Source: an uncultured Eubacteriales bacterium (GTDB taxonomy: Bacteria; Bacillota_I; Bacilli_A; RFN20; CAG-826). Taken from it: 64,000 bases of DNA. A model generated the notes under the pieces. The model worked only from the letters and a program-made list of their open reading frames with translations, was not told the DNA's origin and made no database searches. The DNA is taken from positions 97,330 through 161,329 of the forward strand of contig CAVJSS010000002.1 in assembly GCA_963652335.1 (NCBI GenBank), in the 5' to 3' direction. The position numbers were made by a program, and so were the translations under genes. Within the stretch, counting starts at the first letter, position 1. The number at the start of each line of letters is the position of its first letter. Below are positions 40,681 through 49,401 of this stretch, in pieces.

Positions 40681-41472
40681 TTATCGTTCCAAATAAAAAT
40701 TTTTCCAATTTTCGATTCGATCTTTGGTCACATTGAAATGTTTTGATAAATAATTTTCAAATGACCCATATTCCTCGATAATCGCTTTTATTGACAATTC
40801 ATAATATTTTTTTTCAACTACGACCAACTTTTTCATGTAGTAGGCGCAATATAGCTTATGGCTCTTTTTGAATGATTCTTGGATTCTCCATTTATTCTTC
40901 TTTTTTCGAGAGAAATTCGAAGCAAGATAGTCTTTGACGATATCCTTTTCGTTGACACCTAAAGCGTTGAGCAAAACAAAGAATAAAATTCCTGTTCTAT
41001 CTTTGCCTCCTTGGCAATGAACCAATATTTTTTCATGATGATCCAAAGCCTCGAATATCTTTGTGAATTCTTTTGAAAAAGGTATTTGCTTATAGAGTTT
41101 CAAATATTCTTGATATTTAGATTTGAATTCTCTGAAAGTCGGATTGCTGTAATCCCATAAGCCGACATCGATGGCCGTGAAGTCCAATTTGTCTTCTTTG
41201 AACTTTGAATCTATCGATTCCAGCAAAGATAGGCTGACGTTTTTTATATTGCTGAATGGGTAATCGGTTCTTCCTGATAAAGTGAATGGATCCCTTAAAT
41301 CGAAAATCGTATTAAGACCTAAGGCTTCCACGCTGCTTATCGTTTCTTTATCTATGTCCGTTGGAATATAGGCTGAGCGAAAAAGATATCCATTTTTGAC
41401 GGTTCTTCCATCTTTGGTTTTCATTCCTCCGACATCGCGGAAATTCAATAAATGGATACCAGGGTAAATCAT
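40681..41472 (-). CDS. protein-tyrosine/dual-specificity phosphatase-like protein (CX5R)
   Basis: 263 aa. Catalytic P-loop HCQGGKDRTG. AT-rich gene. Confidence 0.7.
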   Translation of the reverse strand: MIYPGIHLLNFRDVGGMKTKDGRTVKNGYLFRSAYIPTDIDKETISSVEALGLNTIFDLRDPFTLSGRTDYPFSNIKNVSLSLLESIDSKFKEDKLDFTAIDVGLWDYSNPTFREFKSKYQEYLKLYKQIPFSKEFTKIFEALDHHEKILVHCQGGKDRTGILFFVLLNALGVNEKDIVKDYLASNFSRKKKNKWRIQESFKKSHKLYCAYYMKKLVVVEKKYYELSIKAIIEEYGSFENYLSKHFNVTKDRIENWKNFYLER

Positions 41473-41588
41473 TATTCACAATATATTCGAGCACCGCAGT
41501 TTTTTCTAATTGTAAACACTTACACGATAGGTTTCGTTCCTTTGCTTTGCACGCACGCTAAAATAAGGGTGCTATAAGGAGATATCAA

Positions 41589-42536
41589 ATGCCATTAGTA
41601 ACCTCAAAAGAAATGTTCCGTCGCGCTATCGACGGAAAATACGGAATCGGTGCTTTTAATTTCGATAACATCGATGTTATGCGCGCCATCCTTCGTGCCG
41701 CGAACAATCTAAAAGCCCCTATCATCATCATGGTTTCCTCCGGCGCTTGGAAATTCATGAACCCGCTCTATATCCGCACGGTTTGCGATGTTGCGGCCAA
41801 AGAATTCCCTAACGCTGAATTCTGCTTGCATTTAGATCACGGCAAGACCGTCGAGCTTTGCAAACAAGCCGTCGACGCCGGTTTCACATCCGTTATGATC
41901 GATGCCTCTGCCCTTCCTTACGAAGAGAACATCAAAGCCACCAAAGAAGTCGTCGAATATGCTCATGCAAGAGGCGTTGTCGTCGAATCCGAATTAGGCG
42001 CCATCGCCGGCATTGAAGACGATGTCAACGTCGACGATAAATATGGATGCTTCACCCATCCCGATCAGGCCGTCGACTTTGTCCAACGCACCGGAATCGA
42101 TAGCTTGGCAATCGCCATCGGAACTGCTCATGGCGCTTACAAATTCAAGCCGGGAACCAATCCGAAACTCCGCTTCGACATTTTGGATGAAATCGAGAAG
42201 AAACTTCCAGGACTCCCACTCGTTTTGCATGGCGCTTCCTCCGTTCCAGCCTCGTCTTTGGCCTTGATTAATGAAAACGGCGGCTATATGCCAGCCGCTA
42301 TCGGCATCCCAGAAGCCATGCTTGAAGAAGCTTGCAAACGCGGAGTCAGCAAGATCAACGTCGGAACCGATTTGCGCGTCGCTTTTACCGGCAACATGCG
42401 TAAGGTCATGAAAGAGAAACCGGAAGTCTACGATCTTCGCACCCTCTTTACCCCAGGTCTTGAAGCCATCACCACTTTGGTAGAAAGCAAGATAACCGGC
42501 TACCTTCATTCCGAAGGGAAGGCCGTTACCGACTAA
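41589..42536 (+). CDS. fba: class II fructose-1,6-bisphosphate aldolase (second copy)
   Basis: 315 aa. Its central ~135 aa are nearly identical to the 33420..34367 paralogue. The termini diverge. Confidence 0.9.
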   Translation: MPLVTSKEMFRRAIDGKYGIGAFNFDNIDVMRAILRAANNLKAPIIIMVSSGAWKFMNPLYIRTVCDVAAKEFPNAEFCLHLDHGKTVELCKQAVDAGFTSVMIDASALPYEENIKATKEVVEYAHARGVVVESELGAIAGIEDDVNVDDKYGCFTHPDQAVDFVQRTGIDSLAIAIGTAHGAYKFKPGTNPKLRFDILDEIEKKLPGLPLVLHGASSVPASSLALINENGGYMPAAIGIPEAMLEEACKRGVSKINVGTDLRVAFTGNMRKVMKEKPEVYDLRTLFTPGLEAITTLVESKITGYLHSEGKAVTD

Positions 42537-42553
42537 TTTTTGACGAAAGCAAG

Positions 42554-42582
42554 CCACGGCTATTGCCGTGGTTTTCTTTTTG
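42554..42582 (+). terminator. rho-independent terminator after fba
   Basis: CCACGGC-tatt-GCCGTGG followed by TTTTCTTTTT. Confidence 0.8.
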
Positions 42583-42605
42583 GGTGCACGTGCTAGAATT
42601 AAGCC

Positions 42606-43952
42606 ATGAAAAAGCTGATCATTTTTAATTCCCTAGGCAACAAACTCGAAGAGTTTAAGCCGCTAATTCCCAATAAAGCCTCCATCTATTGCTGCGGACC
42701 AACTGTCTACAATGATCCTCATATCGGGAATTTCCGCCCAGTCATTGTTTTCGATGTTCTTCGTAGGACTTTGAAACGATTGGGATATGATGTCACATTC
42801 GTATCGAACTATACGGATGTTGACGATAAAATCATCAAACGCGCCAAAGAATTAGGCATAAGCGAAAAGGAATTGACCGATTCCGTTATCGCCGAATATC
42901 GTCGTTTGGTTGCTGCGGTTGGATCGATGCAACCTGATGTGGCGCCAACCCCGACCGTCTATATGCCACAAATATTGGAATATGTTAACGACCTTGTCGA
43001 AAGCGGAGCAGCTTATTCCATTGACGGAGACGTTTATCTTAAGGTCACCGATATTCCTTCGTATGGGGAATTATCCGGCAATTCCATAGAAGATCTCGAA
43101 TCAGGCGCCAGGATAAACGTAAACGAAAAGAAAAAGGATCCTATAGATTTTGCTCTTTGGAAGGAAACCGATGAAGGAATCAAATGGGCTTCTCCTTGGG
43201 GCGAAGGAAGGCCTGGATGGCATACCGAATGCTGCGTTATGATCAATTCGATTTTCAAGGACCAAGGCGGGCTTATCGATATTCATGGCGGAGGTTTCGA
43301 TCTGAAATTCCCTCATCACGAAAACGAGATGGCCCAAGCCAAAGCCCATAATCACAACAAACTTGCCAATTATTGGATGCATAATGGCTTCATCAACGTC
43401 GATAACGAAAAAATGTCCAAATCGTTAGGCAACGTCATTTTGATGAAAGATGTCGTCGAAAAATATGGCGGCATCCCTTTTAGGATGATGATTTTGGCTG
43501 CGCATTATAGAGCCCCGGCTTCTTTTTCCGAAGAAACGATAAAAGAGGCACAAAAGAAATATCAGCAGCTTATTCAATCCACCAAGATGGTTGGCATTCA
43601 ATTACAGTTGGATGGAGTTGATGTCCAAAAATTGAACAAGCCTGAAGAAAACAAGGTGTTGGATGCCCTTTGCGACGACTTGAACACCCCTAACGCCTTG
43701 ACTGCTTTATATGAGCAAAACAAAGACTTGAACATGGTCTTCAGAACTCGTCCGATAGATGTCGAAAAGCTAAAGAACGCATTCTCTTTGGTGTTGGATT
43801 CATGCGAAATGTTAGGTATTGCTCTGAATATCCCCAATCTTAGCGAATCGGATAAAATTCTTTATAAAGAATACAATGAGGCGAAAGCCAACAAAGATTT
43901 CGCCAAATCAGACGAAATCCGTTCCAAATTAATCGAACGCGGCGTCTTCTAG
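42606..43952 (+). CDS. cysS: cysteine--tRNA ligase
   Basis: 448 aa. HIGN (PHIGN) and KMSKS motifs. No SD. Extended -10 TGcTAGAAT ends 7 nt before the ATG, suggesting a leaderless mRNA. Confidence 0.93.
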   Translation: MKKLIIFNSLGNKLEEFKPLIPNKASIYCCGPTVYNDPHIGNFRPVIVFDVLRRTLKRLGYDVTFVSNYTDVDDKIIKRAKELGISEKELTDSVIAEYRRLVAAVGSMQPDVAPTPTVYMPQILEYVNDLVESGAAYSIDGDVYLKVTDIPSYGELSGNSIEDLESGARINVNEKKKDPIDFALWKETDEGIKWASPWGEGRPGWHTECCVMINSIFKDQGGLIDIHGGGFDLKFPHHENEMAQAKAHNHNKLANYWMHNGFINVDNEKMSKSLGNVILMKDVVEKYGGIPFRMMILAAHYRAPASFSEETIKEAQKKYQQLIQSTKMVGIQLQLDGVDVQKLNKPEENKVLDALCDDLNTPNALTALYEQNKDLNMVFRTRPIDVEKLKNAFSLVLDSCEMLGIALNIPNLSESDKILYKEYNEAKANKDFAKSDEIRSKLIERGVF

Positions 43953-44082
43953 ATATGACAAAACCAGCAAATATGTCATAGGCTAATTTTATAAAACAGA
44001 TATATTTGTCATATTTTTTATTAAATATATACAGAATTGTCAATTATTAAATTAAATTATTCGTAACTTAAGGAGGGAAGAT

Positions 44083-44802
44083 ATGGGTAATATCGTTTAT
44101 GGGAAGAACCCAGTGGAAGCGGCTGTTGCAAGCAATCATGCAAAGACGGTATATATCGCTGAACGCCTTAAGTCTGATTCATTTGCTCTTAAACTGATCT
44201 CAGAAGGGGCAAAAGCCAAATATGTGCCGGATGCGACGCTTGAAAGAATTGCCAAGACCAAATTCACCCAAGGTTATGTGGCCGAAGTTGAAGAGTATCG
44301 GCTTTATTCCCTTGCCGAGCTCATCAACGACGCGAAAACAAAGCGGTTTCCTCTTATTGCGATGTTAGATGGAATCGAAGACCCACATAACTTAGGTGCG
44401 ATCTTGCGTAGCGCCGACGCCTTCGGAGTAGACGGAATCATCATGAAGAAAAGAGGGCAGGCCCCTCTTAATCAAACGGTGGCCAAAGTCTCAACCGGAG
44501 CGATCGAATACGTCAAGGTTTGCGAGGTAGCCAACCTTTCCCAAGCCATCAAAACGTTGAAAGACAATGGCTACTGGATCGTTGCTACCGATGGCTCAGC
44601 CACTCAAAATTATGATGACATTGATTACAAGTCCCCAATCTGTGTCATCATCGGTTCTGAGGGATTTGGCATCTCCCAACTCGTTCTGCGCAATTCTGAC
44701 TTTGTCGTCAAAATCCCGATGTATGGGCACGTCAATTCGCTTAATGCAAGCAATGCGGCCTGTACCTTATTCGCGCAAATCGATCACAACCGCAGACACT
44801 GA
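44083..44802 (+). CDS. rlmB: 23S rRNA (guanosine-2'-O)-methyltransferase RlmB (SpoU/TrmH family)
   Basis: 239 aa. SpoU motifs (LDGIEDPHNLGAILRSADAFG, IGSEGFGIS). Conserved position after cysS as in Bacillus (yacO). Confidence 0.85.
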   Translation: MGNIVYGKNPVEAAVASNHAKTVYIAERLKSDSFALKLISEGAKAKYVPDATLERIAKTKFTQGYVAEVEEYRLYSLAELINDAKTKRFPLIAMLDGIEDPHNLGAILRSADAFGVDGIIMKKRGQAPLNQTVAKVSTGAIEYVKVCEVANLSQAIKTLKDNGYWIVATDGSATQNYDDIDYKSPICVIIGSEGFGISQLVLRNSDFVVKIPMYGHVNSLNASNAACTLFAQIDHNRRH

Positions 44803-44825
44803 GTTCCTCTCTTTCGAGGAATCTT

Positions 44826-45434
44826 ATGGATAAGTATGATCCACTCACGGATGAAGAACTTCTTTTGCTAACGAGAGCAGGAGACAACACTGCGTATACG
44901 TTGCTAATACGCAGATTCTTAGGACCCTCGCGCAAAGGCGATATCAATCGTGCCTACCCAGGAATCATAGCGAGATATTCTTTATGGGAAGTTTCATCGG
45001 TCTCCCTATCGACTTTTTGGTCATGCATGGATGGATATCGCTTCGGGACCGTGCGTTTTCACACTTACTATCTAAGCTCTCTGCGTTTCAATTTGATCAG
45101 ATTTGACCAAAATAAGCAGAGAGATAAAAAATACGTCGCTTCTTTGGATGCTTCTTTAAATGAAGATGGCGATTTTTGTCTGCATGATGTTTTGTCAATT
45201 GAAGATACGATTGACGACCCTAAGAATTTTGTAAATTACTATGAAACTTTAGAAGCGATAAAAAAGCTTCCGAAAGCCATTCCTCATCAAACTTTGGAAA
45301 TAGCCAAAATGAAGGCAAACGGATTGACATTCGTCGAAATAGCGGAAGCGATGAAATTAACGTACAGACAAGTGTATGTTCGTTATCAGCAATTTTTGGA
45401 AAAAGCCAAGAAGCTCATCAAAAAACCGGACTGA
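44826..45434 (+). CDS. divergent SigH-family RNA polymerase sigma factor
   Basis: 202 aa in the canonical rlmB-sigH-rpmG-secE-nusG position. Region 2.1-like DEELLLLTRAGDNTAYTLLIRRF. YVASLDASLNEDGDF matches SigH YASLDKPIFDEESD. C-terminal HTH LTFVEIAEAMKLTYRQVYVRYQQFLEKAKKL. Region 2.2-2.4 is poorly conserved. Confidence 0.5.
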   Translation: MDKYDPLTDEELLLLTRAGDNTAYTLLIRRFLGPSRKGDINRAYPGIIARYSLWEVSSVSLSTFWSCMDGYRFGTVRFHTYYLSSLRFNLIRFDQNKQRDKKYVASLDASLNEDGDFCLHDVLSIEDTIDDPKNFVNYYETLEAIKKLPKAIPHQTLEIAKMKANGLTFVEIAEAMKLTYRQVYVRYQQFLEKAKKLIKKPD

Positions 45435-45523
45435 TTTACTTTTACGCAGTGTGAACTAGACGCACGTTCTTGACACGCATTGAGAATGCGATTAATCTAT
45501 TGGCACGCTAAGGTGAATGGTTT

Positions 45524-45673
45524 ATGGGTAGGGAAAAGGTGTTTTTGGTTTGCTCCGAATGTCTGTCTAGAAATTATAGCATCGCCAAGCGAAACGATCG
45601 GACCATAAGGTTCGAAATCATGAAATTTTGCCCAAACTGCAACCGTCATACGTTGCATAAGGAAAGCAAATAG
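45524..45673 (+). CDS. rpmG: 50S ribosomal protein L33
   Basis: Not in the ORF track. Translates to [49 protein letters not shown] (49 aa, C4 zinc type). SD AAGGTGA upstream. Confidence 0.88.
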   Translation: MGREKVFLVCSECLSRNYSIAKRNDRTIRFEIMKFCPNCNRHTLHKESK

Positions 45674-45684
45674 GAGGAATGCAT

Positions 45685-45879
45685 ATGACATCGCCTAAAA
45701 AATACGCAAAAGAAGTCATCAAAGAAGGCAAGCGCATTCGCTGGCCAAAACGCGATGAGCTTTGGCCAGCCATCGTCACAGTCATCGTTATCGCCGTTTT
45801 CGTCGCTATATTCCTCTCAATCTGGGATTTGCTTGCAAATAACATTATTTCCCAGCTTAAAAGCGCATTCGGCGCTTAA
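45685..45879 (+). CDS. secE: preprotein translocase subunit SecE
   Basis: 64 aa, single TM. Start at the ATG at 45685, 7 nt after AGGAGG. The ORF-track start at 45679 is too close to the SD. Confidence 0.85.
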   Translation: MTSPKKYAKEVIKEGKRIRWPKRDELWPAIVTVIVIAVFVAIFLSIWDLLANNIISQLKSAFGA

Positions 45880-45890
45880 GGAGCCATCAT

Positions 45891-46445
45891 ATGTCAGCCC
45901 AATTAAGCGAAAAGCAATGGTACGCGGTTACCACCATGTCTATGCATGAAGCCAAAACCGCCGCCAATTTAAGAAAACGTATCGAAACCATGAATATGCA
46001 GGATTACATCCTCCGTGTCCTGGTTGCCGAGCATGAAGAACCAGTCATGAAAGACGGCCTTCCTACCGGCAAGACCAGAATGAAGAATTTCTATCCTGGC
46101 TATATTTTCGTCGAAATGATCATGACCGACGATTCTTGGTATGTCGTCCGTAACACACCTGGCGTCACCGGTATCATCGGCTCTTCCGGCGGTGGCCAAA
46201 AGCCTGCCCCGGTTTCACGTGAAGAAATCGAACCGGTTCTTAAGAGAATGGGCATGATCGATTCCGCAATGTATGATTACTACCATGTCGGTGACAACGT
46301 AAAGATTATTCACGGCGCTCTCGAAGATACAGAAGGCGTAATCACCTTCATCGATCGCGACACTGGTTTGGTTCGTGTCGAAACAACCTTCTTTGGCCGC
46401 GTTACTCCTGTTGATGTCGACTTCTCCGAAATCGAAAAAGCTTAA
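45891..46445 (+). CDS. nusG: transcription termination/antitermination factor NusG
   Basis: 184 aa. NGN domain plus C-terminal KOW. Confidence 0.95.
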   Translation: MSAQLSEKQWYAVTTMSMHEAKTAANLRKRIETMNMQDYILRVLVAEHEEPVMKDGLPTGKTRMKNFYPGYIFVEMIMTDDSWYVVRNTPGVTGIIGSSGGGQKPAPVSREEIEPVLKRMGMIDSAMYDYYHVGDNVKIIHGALEDTEGVITFIDRDTGLVRVETTFFGRVTPVDVDFSEIEKA

Positions 46446-46453
46446 TAATGCAA

Positions 46454-46485
46454 GGCGAATCAAAATGGTTCGCCCTTTATTTTTC
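46454..46485 (+). terminator. rho-independent terminator after nusG
   Basis: GGCGAA-tcaaaatgg-TTCGCC followed by CTTTATTTTT. Confidence 0.7.
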
Positions 46486-46491
46486 TCTAAT

Positions 46492-46511
46492 ATATGAAAA
46501 AAGTTTCATAT
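46492..46511. promoter_or_regulatory. 20-bp palindromic operator (ATATGAA-N6-TTCATAT), copy 1, just upstream of the -35 of the czrA-like promoter
   Basis: Perfect inverted repeat ATATGAAaaaagTTTCATAT. TGAA-N6-TTCA core of the type bound by ArsR/SmtB regulators. Promoter TTGTAT-16-TAGAAT at 46517-46544. Confidence 0.6.
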
Positions 46512-46554
46512 TTTTCTTGTATTATCGAGAAGCCATATTAGAATAAGGCCGAAA

Positions 46555-46574
46555 ATATGAAGGAGTGTTCATAT
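46555..46574. promoter_or_regulatory. second copy of the same operator (ATATGAAggagtgTTCATAT), overlapping the SD and start codon of the regulator gene
   Basis: Same half-sites and spacing as copy 1. Embeds GGAG and the ATG at 46573. Confidence 0.6.
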
Positions 46575-46869
46575 GTCGGAGGAATTAACCACCAAGCAAT
46601 TGAATAAAGTCTCATCGATTTTGAAGGCTTTATCTGGGACTTCAAAATTGGAAATACTTTATGTTTTGACCACTGGAGAAAAATCGGTCAATGCCATATC
46701 GGAAGAATCTGGCCTTTCCCAATCTCTCGTTTCTCACGCACTCAAGGACCTAAAGAGTGCCCACTTGGTTTCTTATAGCCAAATTGGAAGGCAAGTGTTT
46801 TATAGGCTTGATGATGAGCATGTTCTGACTATCATCAATGCGATTTTCGAACATTCGAAGGAGTTTTAG
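46573..46869 (+). CDS. ArsR/SmtB-family metalloregulator of the CzrA type (alpha5 site)
   Basis: 98 aa winged HTH. No cysteines. C-terminal DxHx10Hx2E motif (DDEHVLTIINAIFEHSKE) typical of alpha5 Zn/Co sensors. Confidence 0.75.
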   Translation: MSEELTTKQLNKVSSILKALSGTSKLEILYVLTTGEKSVNAISEESGLSQSLVSHALKDLKSAHLVSYSQIGRQVFYRLDDEHVLTIINAIFEHSKEF

Positions 46870-46871
46870 CC

Positions 46872-48815
46872 ATGGCTGGACACGAACATAAACACCACGA
46901 ACACCACCACGATCACGAACATGGTGGGCATGAATCAAAAGAATGGATAATCAAATTGGTCCGAGTCGCGATCGTAATAGTCTTCGCTGTATTAGGATTG
47001 ACTGCTTGCAGCGAAGATAAGATCGGGATCTGGTGGAATTTTGCTGTCAATTTGTGCGCCTTGGCCATAATCGGATATGACATGGTTATCGAAGCGGTGG
47101 AAGACATGGTCAAAGAACATGAATTCTTCTCAGAGGAAACTTTGATGATTTTGGCCACAATCGGGGCTTTTTGCCTTCGTTTCTTCGGCAAGGATTACAA
47201 TCAGTTCTTCGATGCCGTTATGGTCGTGATTCTCTTTCAAATAGGGGAGATGCTAGAAGATTTGGCCACTTCAAAGTCAAAGAAAGCCATCGACAAAGCG
47301 ATTGGATTAAGAGCCAAAATAGCTCACAAAAGAGTCAATGGGGAATTCGTCGATTGCGAGCCTTCTTCCCTTATTATCGGGGACGAATTTCTCGTAAGAG
47401 TAGGCGAAGTCATGCCTGCCGACGGAATCGTTGCGGAAGGAAATGGGTCGATCAACATGTCTTCGTTGACGGGCGAATTCATTCCTATCGATGCTGCGCC
47501 AGGCGATCAAATCCATGCTGGAACCGTCCTGCTTAATGGCTCCTTGACCGTCAAAGTGACCAGCGAATACGAGGATTCGACCGTTTCCAAAATCATCCAT
47601 CTAATCGAAGAAGGGGAGGAATCGAAATCAAAAGGAAAACGGTTCGTCGACAAATTTGCCAAAATCTATACTCCAATCGTCATCGCTTTGGCTGTTTTGT
47701 TGGCCATCGTTCCTCCTTTGTTCCTTGGAATCGACGACTCAACAGTTTGGCAGCATTGGGTGTTCGTCGGCATTTCGGCTTTGATAATCTCTTGCCCATG
47801 CGCAATTGTCATTTCGGTCCCTCTTTGCTATTTTGCTTCGATCGGTTTGGCCAGCAAAAACGGAATAGTCATAAAAGGAGCCAATTTGCTTGATAAGCTA
47901 AACGAGATCAAGGCGGTTGTCACCGACAAAACCGGAACCTTGACGAAAGGCAGTTTTTCTTTGCTTGAGGTTGACCCCAAAGAGGTCACTTCCGAGAGAT
48001 TATTGGAGATTGCTTCGATTGGCGAATCTCGTTCGAACCATCCGCTTGCGGCGCCATTAAAGAAATACCTTCCTGATGATTTCTCGGATTCCGAAATCGA
48101 GAATTACGAAGAAATCGCCGGGAAAGGAACCATTTTACGCTATCGCGGATCAAAAATCGCGGTTGGCTCGAAAAAGCTTTTCGACGATTTGAATATCGAA
48201 ATTTCCGAAAACGACACTGACGGTACCATCGTATATGTCGCCTATGAAAACAAATTCGTCGGTTCGATTTGCCTTGGGGACACAATAAAAGAAAACTCAA
48301 AGGATTTAGTGGACTTCCTACACGCTAAAGGGAAGAAAATATATTTGCTTACCGGCGATAAGGAATCCAATGCCAAAAAGGTTGCGGACAAACTTGGACT
48401 GGATGGATATTTCGCCGAACTTTTGCCGGAAGACAAATTCGCACATCTTCAAAGATTCAAAGAAAGCCAGAATGTCGCTTTCGTTGGAGATGGGATCAAC
48501 GATGCCCCTTCGATCGCCTTGGCTGATGTTGGCTTTGCGATGGGTGGGATTGGCTCAGATCTAGCCATGGAATCCGCCGATGTCGTTATAATGGACGATG
48601 ACATCATGAAAGTCGGCAAATCCTTGAAAATAGCCAAGATCTGTCGCGATTATGTACTTGGGGCAATCACAACTTCCTTGTTGATCAAGGCGACGATTTT
48701 GATTCTTGCGATCCTTGTCCCTAACTTCCCGTTGCTAGCTGCCGTGGCGGCTGACACTGGGTTGACTCTTTTGATGGTTTTGGTCTCCATAAGCATTCTT
48801 TGGCGTAAGGCATGA
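46872..48815 (+). CDS. heavy-metal translocating P1B-type ATPase (Zn/Cd/Co-type) with His-rich N-terminus
   Basis: 647 aa. His-rich leader MAGHEHKHHEHHHDHEHGGHE instead of an HMA CxxC domain. TM CPC motif (SCPCAIV). DKTGTLT phosphorylation site. GDGxNDxP hinge (VGDGINDAPS). Confidence 0.85.
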   Translation: MAGHEHKHHEHHHDHEHGGHESKEWIIKLVRVAIVIVFAVLGLTACSEDKIGIWWNFAVNLCALAIIGYDMVIEAVEDMVKEHEFFSEETLMILATIGAFCLRFFGKDYNQFFDAVMVVILFQIGEMLEDLATSKSKKAIDKAIGLRAKIAHKRVNGEFVDCEPSSLIIGDEFLVRVGEVMPADGIVAEGNGSINMSSLTGEFIPIDAAPGDQIHAGTVLLNGSLTVKVTSEYEDSTVSKIIHLIEEGEESKSKGKRFVDKFAKIYTPIVIALAVLLAIVPPLFLGIDDSTVWQHWVFVGISALIISCPCAIVISVPLCYFASIGLASKNGIVIKGANLLDKLNEIKAVVTDKTGTLTKGSFSLLEVDPKEVTSERLLEIASIGESRSNHPLAAPLKKYLPDDFSDSEIENYEEIAGKGTILRYRGSKIAVGSKKLFDDLNIEISENDTDGTIVYVAYENKFVGSICLGDTIKENSKDLVDFLHAKGKKIYLLTGDKESNAKKVADKLGLDGYFAELLPEDKFAHLQRFKESQNVAFVGDGINDAPSIALADVGFAMGGIGSDLAMESADVVIMDDDIMKVGKSLKIAKICRDYVLGAITTSLLIKATILILAILVPNFPLLAAVAADTGLTLLMVLVSISILWRKA

Positions 48816-48858
48816 TGCACAAACGTTCGTTCGAAAGTGGGCGTTTTTCTTTTTCTCC

Positions 48859-48887
48859 TTGCCTTAGTGTGCCTACGAGCGTATATT
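48859..48887 (+). promoter_or_regulatory. promoter for rplK-rplA (TTGCCT-17-TATATT), followed by a ~90-nt leader
   Basis: -35 at 48859-48864, -10 at 48882-48887. Probable L1-regulated leader region by analogy. The structure itself was not verified. Confidence 0.45.
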
Positions 48888-48976
48888 ATCACTCGTGCGA
48901 CTAAGAGCGCATAGCGTAGGAGAGCGGAAACGATCGCTCGGACTACTGCATAATTCTCGAATTTAGGAGGAGAATC

Positions 48977-49387
48977 ATGGCGAAAAAAATCGTTAAGGTC
49001 CTCAAAATGGAACTCCCAGGCGGAGAAGCCAAGCCAGGACCAAAGCTTGCATCGGCAGGCATCCAGATGGCCAAATTCTGCACGGACTTCAATGCGAAGA
49101 CCGCCGACAGAAAGGGACAGGTCGTCCCAGTCATCATCACGGCTTATGAAGACAAGTCGTTTGACTTTGAGGTCAAGACCAGCCCAGTAACTGGCTTAAT
49201 CTTGAAAGCCGCCGGCATCCAAAAGGGATCCGGCAACCCAAAACAGATCGTGGGTAAAATCACCAAAGCCCAATTGCACGAGATCGCCGAATACAAATTG
49301 GTCGACCTCAACGCCAATGATGTCGAGGCTGCGGAAAAGATCGTCGCTGGCAGCTGCCGCCAAATGGGCGTTGCCATCGTTGACTAA
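48977..49387 (+). CDS. rplK: 50S ribosomal protein L11
   Basis: 136 aa. Confidence 0.97.
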   Translation: MAKKIVKVLKMELPGGEAKPGPKLASAGIQMAKFCTDFNAKTADRKGQVVPVIITAYEDKSFDFEVKTSPVTGLILKAAGIQKGSGNPKQIVGKITKAQLHEIAEYKLVDLNANDVEAAEKIVAGSCRQMGVAIVD

Positions 49388-49401
49388 GGAGGCAATTCAG
49401 C

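Noticed and set aside
48816-48976. Considered calling a structured L11/L1 autoregulatory leader upstream of rplK.
   Set aside because: A promoter is visible but I could not verify the L1-binding mimic structure by eye. Reported only as a low-confidence regulatory region.
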